Origin: a virus
Length of the DNA: 64,000 bases
Reading direction: 5' to 3' (one strand)
Virus record (IMG/VR): IMGVR_UViG_3300025648_000012
Span: 64,001 to 128,000 of that record
Within the stretch, counting starts at the first letter, position 1, and each line of letters begins with the position of its first letter. Position numbers and translations under genes: made by a program. The notes under the pieces were generated by a model. The model was not told the DNA's origin, ran no database searches, and saw only the letters and a program-made list of their open reading frames with translations. Positions 17,564 to 27,948 of the stretch are shown one piece after another.

Positions 17564-18352
17564 ATGGAGAATAGTTTTGAAGTTTTAGGGAAAGGTTACG
17601 TAAAACTCATTGAACATTGGGGTTCAGACGAGAGAATAATTGAAGCTGCTAGAATGTCTACTTCAAAGGGGTTTAATGGGTGGGGCGAACCTTGTAAGAA
17701 TTGTGAAGGTAAAGGAAACTATTATATTGAACTTGTTTTAACACATTGCAAGGAATGTGATGGACAGGGGCATATTACTGGAGATGAAAAGCTACTCAAA
17801 TTTCTATACACTAACAACCACTCGACCCCCTTTGAGATGGCAGGTTTAATCATTGAAGTTAAAGCCCCTATCTTTGTATTTAGAGAATGGCATAGGCATA
17901 GGACACAGAGTTACAACGAAATGTCGGCTAGGTATATTCCATTACCCAATGAAAACTACACTCCAACTCTTACTAGATTAATTTTAGGGTCTAAATTTAC
18001 AGCAAATAAGCAAGCTACAGGTACAGCGGAAATAAACATTGCAAAGGCGGATCTTTGGCTATCTGAATTGGCAGCTTTGTATGCTTACGCTCAAGAAGTC
18101 TATGAGAAGGGACTGGAAGCTGGAGTTCCTAAAGAATTAGCAAGACTTTCTGTACCCGTTGCTAGGTTTAGTAGAATGCGCGCATCGGCTAATCTTCTAA
18201 ATTGGCTAAAATTCTTAACATTAAGAATGGATAGCAAAGCTCAATGGGAAATTAGAGAATACGCAAAAGCGGTTGGAAATTTAATTTCTCAGAAATTTCC
18301 AAAAACTTGGGAGCTTTTTGTAGAACATACGTTAAGGAGTGAGCAACAATGA
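17564..18352 (+). CDS. thyX: Flavin-dependent thymidylate synthase with a Zn-finger insert
   Basis: HSTPFE, REWHRHRTQSYNEMSARY, ELAR..P, LR....AQWEIR. Confidence 0.95.
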   Translation: MENSFEVLGKGYVKLIEHWGSDERIIEAARMSTSKGFNGWGEPCKNCEGKGNYYIELVLTHCKECDGQGHITGDEKLLKFLYTNNHSTPFEMAGLIIEVKAPIFVFREWHRHRTQSYNEMSARYIPLPNENYTPTLTRLILGSKFTANKQATGTAEINIAKADLWLSELAALYAYAQEVYEKGLEAGVPKELARLSVPVARFSRMRASANLLNWLKFLTLRMDSKAQWEIREYAKAVGNLISQKFPKTWELFVEHTLRSEQQ

Positions 18353-18633
18353 AACAAGATCCTAAGGTTTTATCTTCGTATAAGAGCATGGAAAATGAAG
18401 TAATGAACTTTTTCTTCGACCCTTCCAGAAATTCAAGTACAGTATTGCATGGACTTAATGCTTTGCAGTCTAAGATAGATAGTTTGATTTTAATTCTGGA
18501 AAAAGAAGTTGCTAATGAACAGGACATTGCTCAAGAAAAGGAAAACGCCTCAAGTGAAGAAAACTCGTCTTATTTGGATGCTTATGGAATTGGAAAAATA
18601 CTAAAAAACTCTTTTTTAGGAAGGAGAACTTAA
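18349..18633 (+). CDS. Hypothetical protein
   Basis: 94-aa ORF coupled to thyX by ATGA overlap. Confidence 0.6.
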   Translation: MKQDPKVLSSYKSMENEVMNFFFDPSRNSSTVLHGLNALQSKIDSLILILEKEVANEQDIAQEKENASSEENSSYLDAYGIGKILKNSFLGRRT

Positions 18634-18857
18634 TGTTTCCTTTTAGTAGGAGAAACCTGGTGTTTCCTGCAATTATGACTAATCCTAAAGTTTGCATTCC
18701 TTTAAGTAGTCCAGTAGTAATTACTGGAGAGGTACTAAACCAAGGATTGCACTTTGATGAAGTGATTGTTAGAAACGGCAAAATCAAAAGCAAGTTAAAT
18801 GGATTAAAGGGCAAGCCCCTTAACGGAAAGTTTAAGGTAATTTTAATTCCTGAGTGA
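18633..18857 (+). CDS. Hypothetical protein
   Basis: 74-aa ORF with TAATG coupling and an AGGAG RBS. Confidence 0.55.
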   Translation: MFPFSRRNLVFPAIMTNPKVCIPLSSPVVITGEVLNQGLHFDEVIVRNGKIKSKLNGLKGKPLNGKFKVILIPE

Positions 18858-18863
18858 GCTAAA

Positions 18864-19358
18864 ATGGAAACTAATCAAAGTAAAAAGATCCTTTTATCCG
18901 AATCTACTTTTTTAGATATTGTAAAAGGATTGGCAAAAAAGATTCGGGAATCTGAAGAGTATTCTGTTTCTACGCTTAAATACATTGTTGCACCAAGCCG
19001 AGGAGGGTTAATTCCTGCGGTTCATCTGTCTCATTTGCTCAATCTCCCTTTAATTGTTTTAGAAAAACACGAGTTAACCTCCCTTAAATCTAAGGTAGAA
19101 TTTAGGTACAGTTTAGACAATGATGAAGCGGAGCAGTTTGAAAACATTAAAATTATTCTAGTAGAAGATATTTCTGATACAGGTAAAACCTTTCAGACCA
19201 TGCTTAGCGGGCTGAACTCTACAAAAAACGTAATAACAGCTAGCCTTGTTTGTAGAGGCACTACCTCATTTTCCCCTGACTTTTTCGGTAATTACTACAT
19301 AGGTAACTCTTGGGTAGTATTTCCTTGGGAGCACAAACCCATAATCAATAAAAAATGA
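18864..19358 (+). CDS. Type I purine phosphoribosyltransferase (Gpt/XPRT-like)
   Basis: APSRGGLIPA, PRPP loop IILVEDISDTGKT, C-terminal WVVFPWE. Confidence 0.9.
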   Translation: METNQSKKILLSESTFLDIVKGLAKKIRESEEYSVSTLKYIVAPSRGGLIPAVHLSHLLNLPLIVLEKHELTSLKSKVEFRYSLDNDEAEQFENIKIILVEDISDTGKTFQTMLSGLNSTKNVITASLVCRGTTSFSPDFFGNYYIGNSWVVFPWEHKPIINKK

Positions 19359-21403
19359 TTAACATTAAGAAATTTGGCGTTTCTGGAGTATTGTTTAATA
19401 AGCAAAAGCTAAAGGTTGAGCCAGGAGTAACTTACATATATGGCAAGTCTACTCAAGAAAATGGCAATGGAAATGCAGTAGGTAAATCTCTGTTTGCAAC
19501 CTCTATAGCTGAAATTCTGTACGATACTCCAATAGTCGGTACTCGCCAAGACAAGTCTACTGCTACGTATTTGCTCGAATTTGATTCTCACAGAGTAGTT
19601 TCTAAAAATAAAAAACTCTCCGTTACTGAAAATGGAAAGGCAATAAAATTTAGAACAAAACAACTAGCTTCAGAATGGCTTAAGAAGCATTTTCCAGTTT
19701 CCGAAGAAGAGTACAGAACATACTGTTTCTTAGATTCAATAACTCCACATCCTTTAGTTAGAGGAACTTCTTCACAGCGCAAGGAGTTCTTTACTAACTT
19801 CTTTAGAATATCCTCAATAGATACCGCCCGTCGAGAAGTAAATTCTAAGCTAAACTACTTAAAAGTAGAAAGAGCAAAACTAAATGAGGTTGTAGCTCAA
19901 CTAAAGGAATGTAGTACTCTGTCTAAACAAGAGTTTATCTCAAAACAATCTAGATATAAACACTTGCAAGAGGAGCTTGAAAAACTCTCAAAAAGCTACG
20001 AAGAGTACCAAAAAGCAACTCGAAATAATGAACTAAGAGCGTTGTATAGAAGCGACTTAGAAATAGCTGGAAATCTTTCCTACAAACGGTTAGAAAAACT
20101 AGAATTACTACTAACACAAAGACAAAGTACAAATGATAAAGCGAAGGAATACTCGCAATATCTCAAAAGAAAAGAAAACTTTGAAGAGTTGGCTAAAGGG
20201 ATAGACTTCTCTGTACCAATTGAAGAACTAGTCAAAGCCAACGATAAATACCAAAGACTTTTAGGCAAGTTGGTGGAACCAACAAAACCAAAGAAAGTAA
20301 CTTTGCTAAAAAAGGTGGAATTTTCTCAAGAACAGCTAGATGCCCTATCAATAGTTAATCAAAAAATAGCGTATGCAACTAAATTTTCTAAGGGCAAGTG
20401 CTTTGCTTGCGGTCAACCTGTAAAAGTAGAAGATTTGAGTAAGCTGCAAGAAAAAAAGAATGAGTTAACAAAGCTAAAACAGCAATCTGAAGACTATAAG
20501 AATTCAGTAGCTGAGTATAAGCTTTATAAAGAAAAAATAGTACTGTATAGAGAAGAGGTAGAGCAGTTTAGAAAAAACGAGGAAGAGTTGAAAAGACTAA
20601 AACCCTTTGTTAGGCTCTACAATGCCAGAATAGAACTAGAAGAACCTAAACACGTAAAAAAGGTTAATTCTGTACCCACTAAAAAATTAGAAAAGTGCAT
20701 TGCGGCTTTGAAAAGATGCTTACCTAATAAAGATATTTTAGATCTTCCAGAAAGTAAAGTTGTAGAGTTTAATATGGAAGCTTTACTAAAATTACAAGAA
20801 GAATTTGCTCAGTTACGGGTCGAGCTTAAAGCTAACAAACTCAATAGGGAGAAAAGGATCACTCTGCTTGAGAGGAAAGACAAATTAGAAACTATTCTTA
20901 AAAATGAAAAAGCTCTTCAGTTGCTCTCAAAAGCGTATTCTGATAAGGAATTAAAACACCTTATAGTTAAGTCAATTTCTGAAAAATTAGTTGAGCTTGT
21001 TAACTTTTACAGTAAAGCAGTTCTTCCCTCCTCTACTTTTGATATTAAGTGGGGTACGCAACTTTCTATTTTGGCTACACGTAAATCTGGAACCACAGAT
21101 GTTAGAAAGTTATCCGCAGCAGAAGCTAAGCTGTTTACTTTAGCTTTAGTATTGGCATTACTGCACTTTGTTCCTTTACATAAGAGGTGCAACTTGCTAA
21201 TACTTGATGAGCCTTGCTCTTCATTTTCTCCTCATACTCGAGAAAAATTTTATTCATTTTTACCAATTTTACTAACTATTATACCCTCTATAATCGTGGT
21301 TACTCCAGACCCAGATGAAAGAATGCCTGGGGCTAGGGAATACACCATAGTAAGAAATAAAAAGGAGTCTAAACTTGTCTCGGGACACCCAACTGAAGCG
21401 TAA
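19355..21403 (+). CDS. SbcC/Rad50/gp46-like recombination ATPase
   Basis: Walker A GNAVGKS, coiled coils, Zn-hook CFAC, signature LSAAE, Walker B LILDE. Confidence 0.88.
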   Translation: MINIKKFGVSGVLFNKQKLKVEPGVTYIYGKSTQENGNGNAVGKSLFATSIAEILYDTPIVGTRQDKSTATYLLEFDSHRVVSKNKKLSVTENGKAIKFRTKQLASEWLKKHFPVSEEEYRTYCFLDSITPHPLVRGTSSQRKEFFTNFFRISSIDTARREVNSKLNYLKVERAKLNEVVAQLKECSTLSKQEFISKQSRYKHLQEELEKLSKSYEEYQKATRNNELRALYRSDLEIAGNLSYKRLEKLELLLTQRQSTNDKAKEYSQYLKRKENFEELAKGIDFSVPIEELVKANDKYQRLLGKLVEPTKPKKVTLLKKVEFSQEQLDALSIVNQKIAYATKFSKGKCFACGQPVKVEDLSKLQEKKNELTKLKQQSEDYKNSVAEYKLYKEKIVLYREEVEQFRKNEEELKRLKPFVRLYNARIELEEPKHVKKVNSVPTKKLEKCIAALKRCLPNKDILDLPESKVVEFNMEALLKLQEEFAQLRVELKANKLNREKRITLLERKDKLETILKNEKALQLLSKAYSDKELKHLIVKSISEKLVELVNFYSKAVLPSSTFDIKWGTQLSILATRKSGTTDVRKLSAAEAKLFTLALVLALLHFVPLHKRCNLLILDEPCSSFSPHTREKFYSFLPILLTIIPSIIVVTPDPDERMPGAREYTIVRNKKESKLVSGHPTEA

Positions 21404-22034
21404 TCTTTACGCAACAAATTACTGGGCTCCACTTGATGTGCACGTTTATTTACGAAGGCACAAAATAGGGCACACTTTTGATAAAAAAATGTTCGGAGTA
21501 CCTACTCTTGAATTACTAACCGACCTTCGTGGAGTTGACTCTCTTCTTCCTAAAATCTTCTTTGGAGCAACAAGTTCCATTCTATCCTATGGAATACCTT
21601 GCCTTGACTATACTCGTGGAATGAAGGTCTGTATTGATTACGTCCTTAAAACTCCAAACTCAATAACTGTAAATAGAGGTTACAAGACGGTTATGGAGTA
21701 TGTTAATAGTTGTTGTTATTCGTCTGCCTTATCAGAAGCAGAAACTGTAATTTTATCCATAAAGGATACTTCATTTAGAAAAAGGATTAGCCTAGAACTA
21801 ATGAAGTACTTAAAAGGGGAATTGACTGTAGTAAAATTACAAACTATTTGTGGCTTACATGAATATAGTAATGAACTATTGAGTGTTCTACCCAAACTAG
21901 ATACTTTAAGGTTAGCAATTCAACATTCTAAGATTTCATCTGTTAAGGAAGCTTCCTCTAAATTTAGAGTGTCTGAGTTTGATATAAATTTTGTATTAGC
22001 GGAGAGAAAAAATGAGCATGAAGTTTCGGTTTGA
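21375..22034 (+). CDS. Hypothetical protein
   Basis: 219-aa ORF in the replication operon. Start uncertain. Confidence 0.55.
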   Translation: MSRDTQLKRNLYATNYWAPLDVHVYLRRHKIGHTFDKKMFGVPTLELLTDLRGVDSLLPKIFFGATSSILSYGIPCLDYTRGMKVCIDYVLKTPNSITVNRGYKTVMEYVNSCCYSSALSEAETVILSIKDTSFRKRISLELMKYLKGELTVVKLQTICGLHEYSNELLSVLPKLDTLRLAIQHSKISSVKEASSKFRVSEFDINFVLAERKNEHEVSV

Positions 22035-23043
22035 AGTACCCTCAGTAAATGCTGTTCTTGATATAGTTACAGCACTAGCCCCACCTTCTGGAGGTTCCGT
22101 TAGCTTAAATGCTACCAATGGAAAATTGGTAGTAACTTCTAAATCTGAGTTGGATTTAGTAGTGGCTAAAATTCCTTGTGAGGTCGAAGGTTCTGCTCAT
22201 TTTGCTATTACCTTAGATACATTTAAGCAAGCAGTTAAGGGCAAATCTGCAATGCAAGGGGAGTTTCTTAACGACCAAGGTTTGGTATTAACCAGTAAAA
22301 ACTATAAAGCAGTTTTGGCTACTTCTGATGCAGATTCAGTTGAGTATCCAAAAATTGAACCAGATGAGGTTCTAACTATTACTCCTGAGATGGGGAAATT
22401 TCTACTCAAAGCTGTGAGTAAAGTAGCGCTATCCCCATTGGGTGAAACTTGGATTCCTCTATCTATTGTTAGTACGGAAAAAGGAACAACTGTTATATGC
22501 TATGACCCCTACAAAGTTTTGTGGATGAAAAATTCTAAACTTGTTGGTAATTTTAGAGTAACCCTTCCAGTAACCACAATTAAAAATATACTATCTTCGC
22601 TATCTGGTAGAGAAATAACTCTAAATTTGACTAAACAATTAGTTGAAGTTAAAGCAGGCTTAGTTAAGGCAGCTGTTGCACTTCCTGGAGAAAGTACAAT
22701 TCCTTTAGACTCTGTTCTTGAGATTATTAAAAAGAAGAATACAAGTGAGTTAAATGAGTTGGATAAAGAAGAAGTCTCTAGTTTTTTAGAAAATGCTAAA
22801 GCAATAGCAGTTGGAAAATTATCTGAAATATCTGCCAAGGAAAATGTATGGAAAGTATCTTCGGATAGTGGCTCCATTTCTGCCAAGTTAAAAAATGCAA
22901 ACTTGACCTTCAAGATGGATTGCACAGTATTGAGCGACTTAGTTGGAAAATCCTCGAAGGTAGTGTTGATGGGGGTAAATGAGAGTGCGTATTTCTTTTC
23001 ATTAGGGGATAACGCCTTTGCTTATGGTTCACAAAATCAGTAA
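22012..23043 (+). CDS. DNA sliding clamp (DnaN/beta-clamp-like)
   Basis: 343 aa with three repeated alpha/beta domains, e.g. VSLNATNGKLVVTSKSELDLVVAKIPCEVEGSAHFAI. Confidence 0.6.
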   Translation: MSMKFRFEVPSVNAVLDIVTALAPPSGGSVSLNATNGKLVVTSKSELDLVVAKIPCEVEGSAHFAITLDTFKQAVKGKSAMQGEFLNDQGLVLTSKNYKAVLATSDADSVEYPKIEPDEVLTITPEMGKFLLKAVSKVALSPLGETWIPLSIVSTEKGTTVICYDPYKVLWMKNSKLVGNFRVTLPVTTIKNILSSLSGREITLNLTKQLVEVKAGLVKAAVALPGESTIPLDSVLEIIKKKNTSELNELDKEEVSSFLENAKAIAVGKLSEISAKENVWKVSSDSGSISAKLKNANLTFKMDCTVLSDLVGKSSKVVLMGVNESAYFFSLGDNAFAYGSQNQ

Positions 23044-23052
23044 AAAATAGCA

Positions 23053-23442
23053 ATGACTTACTCCAGTATAATTACTACCTATAGTGACCTTCCTAAAAAT
23101 TACTTTTGGAAAAAAGAAAATGGGACTCTTTTTCCAACAGTTGACCTTAACAAAGGAATTTACACAGTAGGCGCCCCTTTGGACTTATCACTGTTTAGCT
23201 CTGTTTTTGTGCTTAACCAAGGCAACAAAGAAGTAGGATATTACTTTCAATCCCCTTATAAGGAAAAAGTAAGTAAATTTTTTTACTTAACTTGGTTTAG
23301 AAGTAATGAAGGAAAGGCAGAATCCTACAGAGCGTCATTAAAAACCGAAAATTTACTCATTCTTAATTTTGAAAACCATGGCTTATTAGCAATATCCCCT
23401 CAATGGAATTTTAGACTGTCCCAAATATTTGAGAACCAATGA
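23053..23442 (+). CDS. Hypothetical protein
   Basis: 129-aa ORF in the operon. Confidence 0.6.
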   Translation: MTYSSIITTYSDLPKNYFWKKENGTLFPTVDLNKGIYTVGAPLDLSLFSSVFVLNQGNKEVGYYFQSPYKEKVSKFFYLTWFRSNEGKAESYRASLKTENLLILNFENHGLLAISPQWNFRLSQIFENQ

Positions 23443-23948
23443 AACTTATGTTCACCTCATCCAAAGAATTCCAAAAATTTAAGCAAGAATTTGCAAATAG
23501 AGTCGAGATAGACCAGGACACTCTTATAGCTGAAATTCTTACTCTTCATAAATCTAGGTTATCACGAAACATAGTTGGAGAAAAACGGTACTCTCCTAAA
23601 ACGCTCATTGATGCTTCCCTTAGTGACTTATCTACTCGAGCTAGATTTACTGAGTTATTTGTGAGATTAGATATCAATGTGTCCAAGATGGAGCTTTTAA
23701 TTAAAGTAATAACTAACTATATAGTTTCAGAGTATGGGGAAGAGTTAAAAGCTGAGTACAAAACAGTAGGAGAAAGAAACGCCTATATTGACCGTAAACT
23801 GGCTAAATACAAACGACAGATAAAAGAGGGGCAACAAGTAATGGAGATGCTTCAAGCAGTAATAAAAGACATAGACATGGGAGGGTATTTGCTAAAAACT
23901 TGTATTGAATCCCTAAAACTTATTGACCCTAAAAACAATGTGGTCTAA
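23439..23948 (+). CDS. Coiled-coil protein, possible UvsY-like recombination mediator
   Basis: Helical, YKTVGERNAYID segment, immediately upstream of the UvsW-like helicase. Confidence 0.4.
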   Translation: MKLMFTSSKEFQKFKQEFANRVEIDQDTLIAEILTLHKSRLSRNIVGEKRYSPKTLIDASLSDLSTRARFTELFVRLDINVSKMELLIKVITNYIVSEYGEELKAEYKTVGERNAYIDRKLAKYKRQIKEGQQVMEMLQAVIKDIDMGGYLLKTCIESLKLIDPKNNVV

Positions 23949-25446
23949 AAATCCGATACGTATTGTTCAAAGGGAATCTTTATTTTTGCCCTACAAAGAA
24001 GTTAAAAACAATGCTAAGTCAATAATTCAAAAATACACTCATTCTTTTTTTCAAGAAAAGGTGTGTTCCAAGTGTGAGTGGTTACCTGAAAGACATGCGG
24101 AATTTGATGTCTGCCAAAGGTGTCCAGCGTTCATAGGCTCTTATCAGCTGGCCAAAAAGGTAAAAGTAGGGAAGAATACATACCTTAAAGTTCCAGTAGG
24201 GGCTACGAAATACATACAGTCTAAATTCCCTAATGCAAAATGGGTACATAAATCTCCAACTACAAAAATTTCTCCCTTTGAAGTAACGGAAAAACTGCAC
24301 GACTTTCAAACTATTGCCGTTAAGGAAATGATTAGGGCAAAAAGAGGAGTTTTACAATCTCCTCCAAGGTCGGGCAAGACCGTTATGGCAGCAGCAATAA
24401 TACAAAAATTGCAGTGCAAAACACTAATACTTGCTTCTCAAAGAGAGTGGCTTCTTGGGTTTCAGGAGACTTTTATTGGTTCAAGTACTCAAAAAGGGTT
24501 TACAAACATCTCAAAAAACCGAATAGGGTTTTGCAAAAAACTTGAAGACTTCGAAAAGTTTGATATTTGCTTAGCTACAATTCAATCTTTTTATTCTTCT
24601 AAAGGTGCAAAACTTTTATCTGCTATAAAGTCATTGTTTCCTGTTATAGTAGTAGATGAAGTTCATTATGGAGCAGCAGACAAATTCATTGGAATTTTAG
24701 GAAAGTTAAACGCAAGGTACATTTTTGGTCTATCTGGTACTCCAGAACGAAAAGACGAAAAATTCTCCTTAATTAACTCTGTAATTTCTCCAGTAGCCCA
24801 TAAGACGAATGTTGAAGTATTGAGACCAACAGTAAAATTAGTTAGAACGAAATTAACAAAGTCTTATGCTCCTAATACACCTTTTCACCGCATTATCTCT
24901 GGAGTAGAAGGAAACCCTAAAAGAATTAAGCTAATTGCAAAACACGCTATCGAAGATATGGAGAAAGGTCATTCAGTTTTAATTCCAGTAAGGCTAATTA
25001 GAACAGTTCATAAAATAATCTCAGAAATAAATAAACAGGCAGGTAGAAAAGTAGCATTTCCTTTTTACGGCGGAATGAAAAAGGAAGAACGGGATATTAC
25101 GATTCAACGAGCTCGCCTATATAAAAGAAAAATAATAGTAGGTCAGATATCAATGGTATCCACTGGCATAAATATTCCTAGGTTAAGTTGCCTTTATGAA
25201 GTAGCAATTAGTTCAAACATTCCAAAATGCACTCAGCGAGTTTCCCGCATACTTACAAAAATAGAAGACAAACCTTCTCCCATTCTCAAGTTGTTTTTAG
25301 ATAATGTAGCAGTAAGAAAGCGGTGCTTAGCAAATGAGTGGTTCCGCGGAATAGTTGCAAGGTTTAAGCCAATAATATCAGAAAAAGATTCTGAAATTTT
25401 GCATGAGTATTTTAAGGAAAAAGACTTTTCTAGGCTAGAACTTTAG
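23938..25446 (+). CDS. uvsW: Superfamily 2 helicase (UvsW-like)
   Basis: Q motif DFQ, PPRSGKT, DEVH, SGTP, TGINIP, QRVSRI. Confidence 0.88.
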   Translation: MWSKNPIRIVQRESLFLPYKEVKNNAKSIIQKYTHSFFQEKVCSKCEWLPERHAEFDVCQRCPAFIGSYQLAKKVKVGKNTYLKVPVGATKYIQSKFPNAKWVHKSPTTKISPFEVTEKLHDFQTIAVKEMIRAKRGVLQSPPRSGKTVMAAAIIQKLQCKTLILASQREWLLGFQETFIGSSTQKGFTNISKNRIGFCKKLEDFEKFDICLATIQSFYSSKGAKLLSAIKSLFPVIVVDEVHYGAADKFIGILGKLNARYIFGLSGTPERKDEKFSLINSVISPVAHKTNVEVLRPTVKLVRTKLTKSYAPNTPFHRIISGVEGNPKRIKLIAKHAIEDMEKGHSVLIPVRLIRTVHKIISEINKQAGRKVAFPFYGGMKKEERDITIQRARLYKRKIIVGQISMVSTGINIPRLSCLYEVAISSNIPKCTQRVSRILTKIEDKPSPILKLFLDNVAVRKRCLANEWFRGIVARFKPIISEKDSEILHEYFKEKDFSRLEL

Positions 25447-25464
25447 GGGCTATCAGGAGGTTTT

Positions 25465-26037
25465 ATGAGGATAAAAAAGAAGTACGAAAACGATAGAGTA
25501 AAAATTACAAAGATGTGTGAAGCAACCCCAGGATGGGTTAGACCCATTCCAAGTTTTACGTTTGCTCCCAAGGACTTTGTTATTGGTCATTCTGAACTTA
25601 ATCAAACCATTGTATCTGTAAATAGACAGTATGCTTCTTTTAATTCGTTTAATGAGAATTCAAAAGCTCCTGTGTTTTACCTATGTTCGGGTGCAGTTGA
25701 CGATACATTGGCAGCAAGGTTTGCTTCTTACTTGGGGTGGATTCACGAGCAGGAGGGAGGAGAGCCAGCATGGGTTCCTTTGTATGGAAATTTTTCTAAA
25801 ATTGAATTTGTAGAAGAACCCACTCTACTCATATTATCTGGTTTAACTGCTACCTCCACCTCAGTTAAAGTTGAAAAATGCCGAGATGCCCTAATTAAAT
25901 GGTCTCACTTACCACGAATTGTTGTAGCATCAGGCGATGACCCAATATCTTTGGGTTATAGATTAAACTTGATTCCAAATAGCTTCGCCTATTTTGGAAG
26001 TAATTTGTTGAAAAGTGGTGGGTCAGAGGTAGTATAA
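25465..26037 (+). CDS. Hypothetical protein, possible degenerate helicase loader
   Basis: Alpha/beta pattern, directly upstream of dnaB, AGGAGG RBS. Confidence 0.45.
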   Translation: MRIKKKYENDRVKITKMCEATPGWVRPIPSFTFAPKDFVIGHSELNQTIVSVNRQYASFNSFNENSKAPVFYLCSGAVDDTLAARFASYLGWIHEQEGGEPAWVPLYGNFSKIEFVEEPTLLILSGLTATSTSVKVEKCRDALIKWSHLPRIVVASGDDPISLGYRLNLIPNSFAYFGSNLLKSGGSEVV

Positions 26038-26039
26038 AA

Positions 26040-27350
26040 ATGGCTATTAAATTAGCGTCACCTCGCGCAGAATTAACTGTTCTACGAGGGTTAGTCCACT
26101 CCAAAAAAGTTAGTGGTGCTTTACTTAATTTAGTTGATAAATCCTACTTTTCTTCAAACGAAGCGAAAACGATTTATGAGTATGTTAATGACCATGTAGC
26201 AACACATGGTGATTTACCTTCATTTAGACTAATGGTAGAAGATCCTTCCATAAGTAGAAAAGCTCGTGAGTTTTTTAGAGATTCTATACCTACAATAACT
26301 TCCGTAGAAGACGCTGTTAGAGCTGCCAAGGTACTCAACAGGTATAGACAGTCTCGCGGGGTGCATGCCATAGGAACTCACATTGCTAATAAATTTGGCG
26401 GGGATGCTGTAGATGTTCCTAAAATAATAGAAGAAATTAGTGAGGCCATAGTAACAGTTGGGGGGAGTAAAAATAATGCAGCATTAGTAGGTCATATAGG
26501 CAGGTCATCGAATACCGCAGAGGATATTGAAGACATACTTAATGGGGAATCTTCTGAATTAGTAATCCCCACGGGAATACGTGACTTTGACGAAGACAAT
26601 GGCGGCTGGCTTCGTGGCTCTCTTGTATCCATGGGCGCTAATAGTGGCGCAGGGAAATCAGCAGTTGCGCTTAACGTGGCTCTAAATCAAGCATATAAGG
26701 GGTATAGAGTAATGTTTGTTCCCTTAGAAATGTCAAGGCAAGAGTTAGAGTGCAGAGCATTAGCTGCCATATCAGGAATTGATAACACAAGAATTTTACA
26801 GAGAAAACTAACTGAAAATGAAAAAACTTACGTTAAAGACAGATGGACTGAGTGGGAATATAAAGTAAAAAAGAGAAAAGGAAGACTGTCAATCTATAAA
26901 CCAGACGACGAAGTATCTGTAAATGATATATTCAATGTAGCTAATGTGTATAGACCTGACGTTCTTTATATTGATTATGCTTCACTTCTAAAGGAAGCAG
27001 ACGAAGACGATGCGTGGAAAGCCTTAGGTAGAGTGAGTAGAAAAAGTAAGTTAAATGCAGAAGCAACCAATAGGGTTAATGTGTTGTTAGTACAAATAAA
27101 TGACGAAGGAAAGATTCGTTATGCTCGTAAAATTGGAGAAGACTCTTCGTCTTGTTGGATATGGAATGCTCCACATTCAGAAAGAGCTAAAAATGTAGGA
27201 AAAATTAAGATTGAGCAATTTAAGTCAAGAAACAATAATAGCAAACCTTTTTTCATTGGAATGAATTGGTCTCACATGAAAGTAGTAAAAGCATCATCTG
27301 TTCAAGAAGAAAAAGTTGGAGAGGTTCCCCATCATGCGTCAGATATTTAG
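26040..27350 (+). CDS. dnaB: Replicative DnaB-like helicase
   Basis: IPTGIRDFD...GW, GANSGAGKS, LEMS, YIDY, LVQIN, KSRN. Confidence 0.92.
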   Translation: MAIKLASPRAELTVLRGLVHSKKVSGALLNLVDKSYFSSNEAKTIYEYVNDHVATHGDLPSFRLMVEDPSISRKAREFFRDSIPTITSVEDAVRAAKVLNRYRQSRGVHAIGTHIANKFGGDAVDVPKIIEEISEAIVTVGGSKNNAALVGHIGRSSNTAEDIEDILNGESSELVIPTGIRDFDEDNGGWLRGSLVSMGANSGAGKSAVALNVALNQAYKGYRVMFVPLEMSRQELECRALAAISGIDNTRILQRKLTENEKTYVKDRWTEWEYKVKKRKGRLSIYKPDDEVSVNDIFNVANVYRPDVLYIDYASLLKEADEDDAWKALGRVSRKSKLNAEATNRVNVLLVQINDEGKIRYARKIGEDSSSCWIWNAPHSERAKNVGKIKIEQFKSRNNNSKPFFIGMNWSHMKVVKASSVQEEKVGEVPHHASDI

Positions 27351-27359
27351 GAGATAAAA

Positions 27360-27820
27360 ATGAAATTTGAAGTAAAAGAAAACGAAGGATTTGCAGCTTT
27401 GCTGGTCAGCGAATTACCGTATTTTGTGCAGTCTACATTTATACAGGCGACCTTGTAGGTATAAGTGAAACCTGTATTAAACTAGAAAATCCAAAGATTG
27501 TTTACGAAACTGGGGCCTTTAACGAAAAAGAATGGAAAGATGCTCAATCCCTACCTAATGAGCTATATATTCAAACTGGGATGATTGAATCTTTTGAAGT
27601 GAGCATTCCCATTAAAAATATTCGCAGGTTTTGGTTATATCCAAAGTTGCTGTCAGGAATACACTCTATGTCATGGTCGTACACTGGGAAAAATTCGTAT
27701 AGTGAGTCCGGTTCTGGAAATAGATCCCGTTGTAGGTGTAGGTCAGGAAACTGGAGTTGGGCGTGGTCAGAGTCAGGATCAAAATCAAGGGCAAATTCCA
27801 AGACTAGGTCTACCTCATAG
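27360..27820 (+). pseudogene. Frameshifted small phage gene running into a Ser/Arg/Trp/Gly-rich tail
   Basis: AGGAG RBS and ATG 27360 (MKFEVKENEGFAALL). A one-base shift near 27403 continues GQRITVFCAVYIYTGDLVG...WKDAQSLP in the frame of ORF 27581. Confidence 0.6.
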
Positions 27821-27948
27821 CACAAAAGAGAGAAAAGTTCTGAATAAATCTTAGGAAGCTATTAGGAAACTAAAACAGGAGATTAGACTAAATGGCTGTC
27901 TACCACAAACCCAATGCACTTTTATCGTATTCTTTGGAGAATTCAAAA

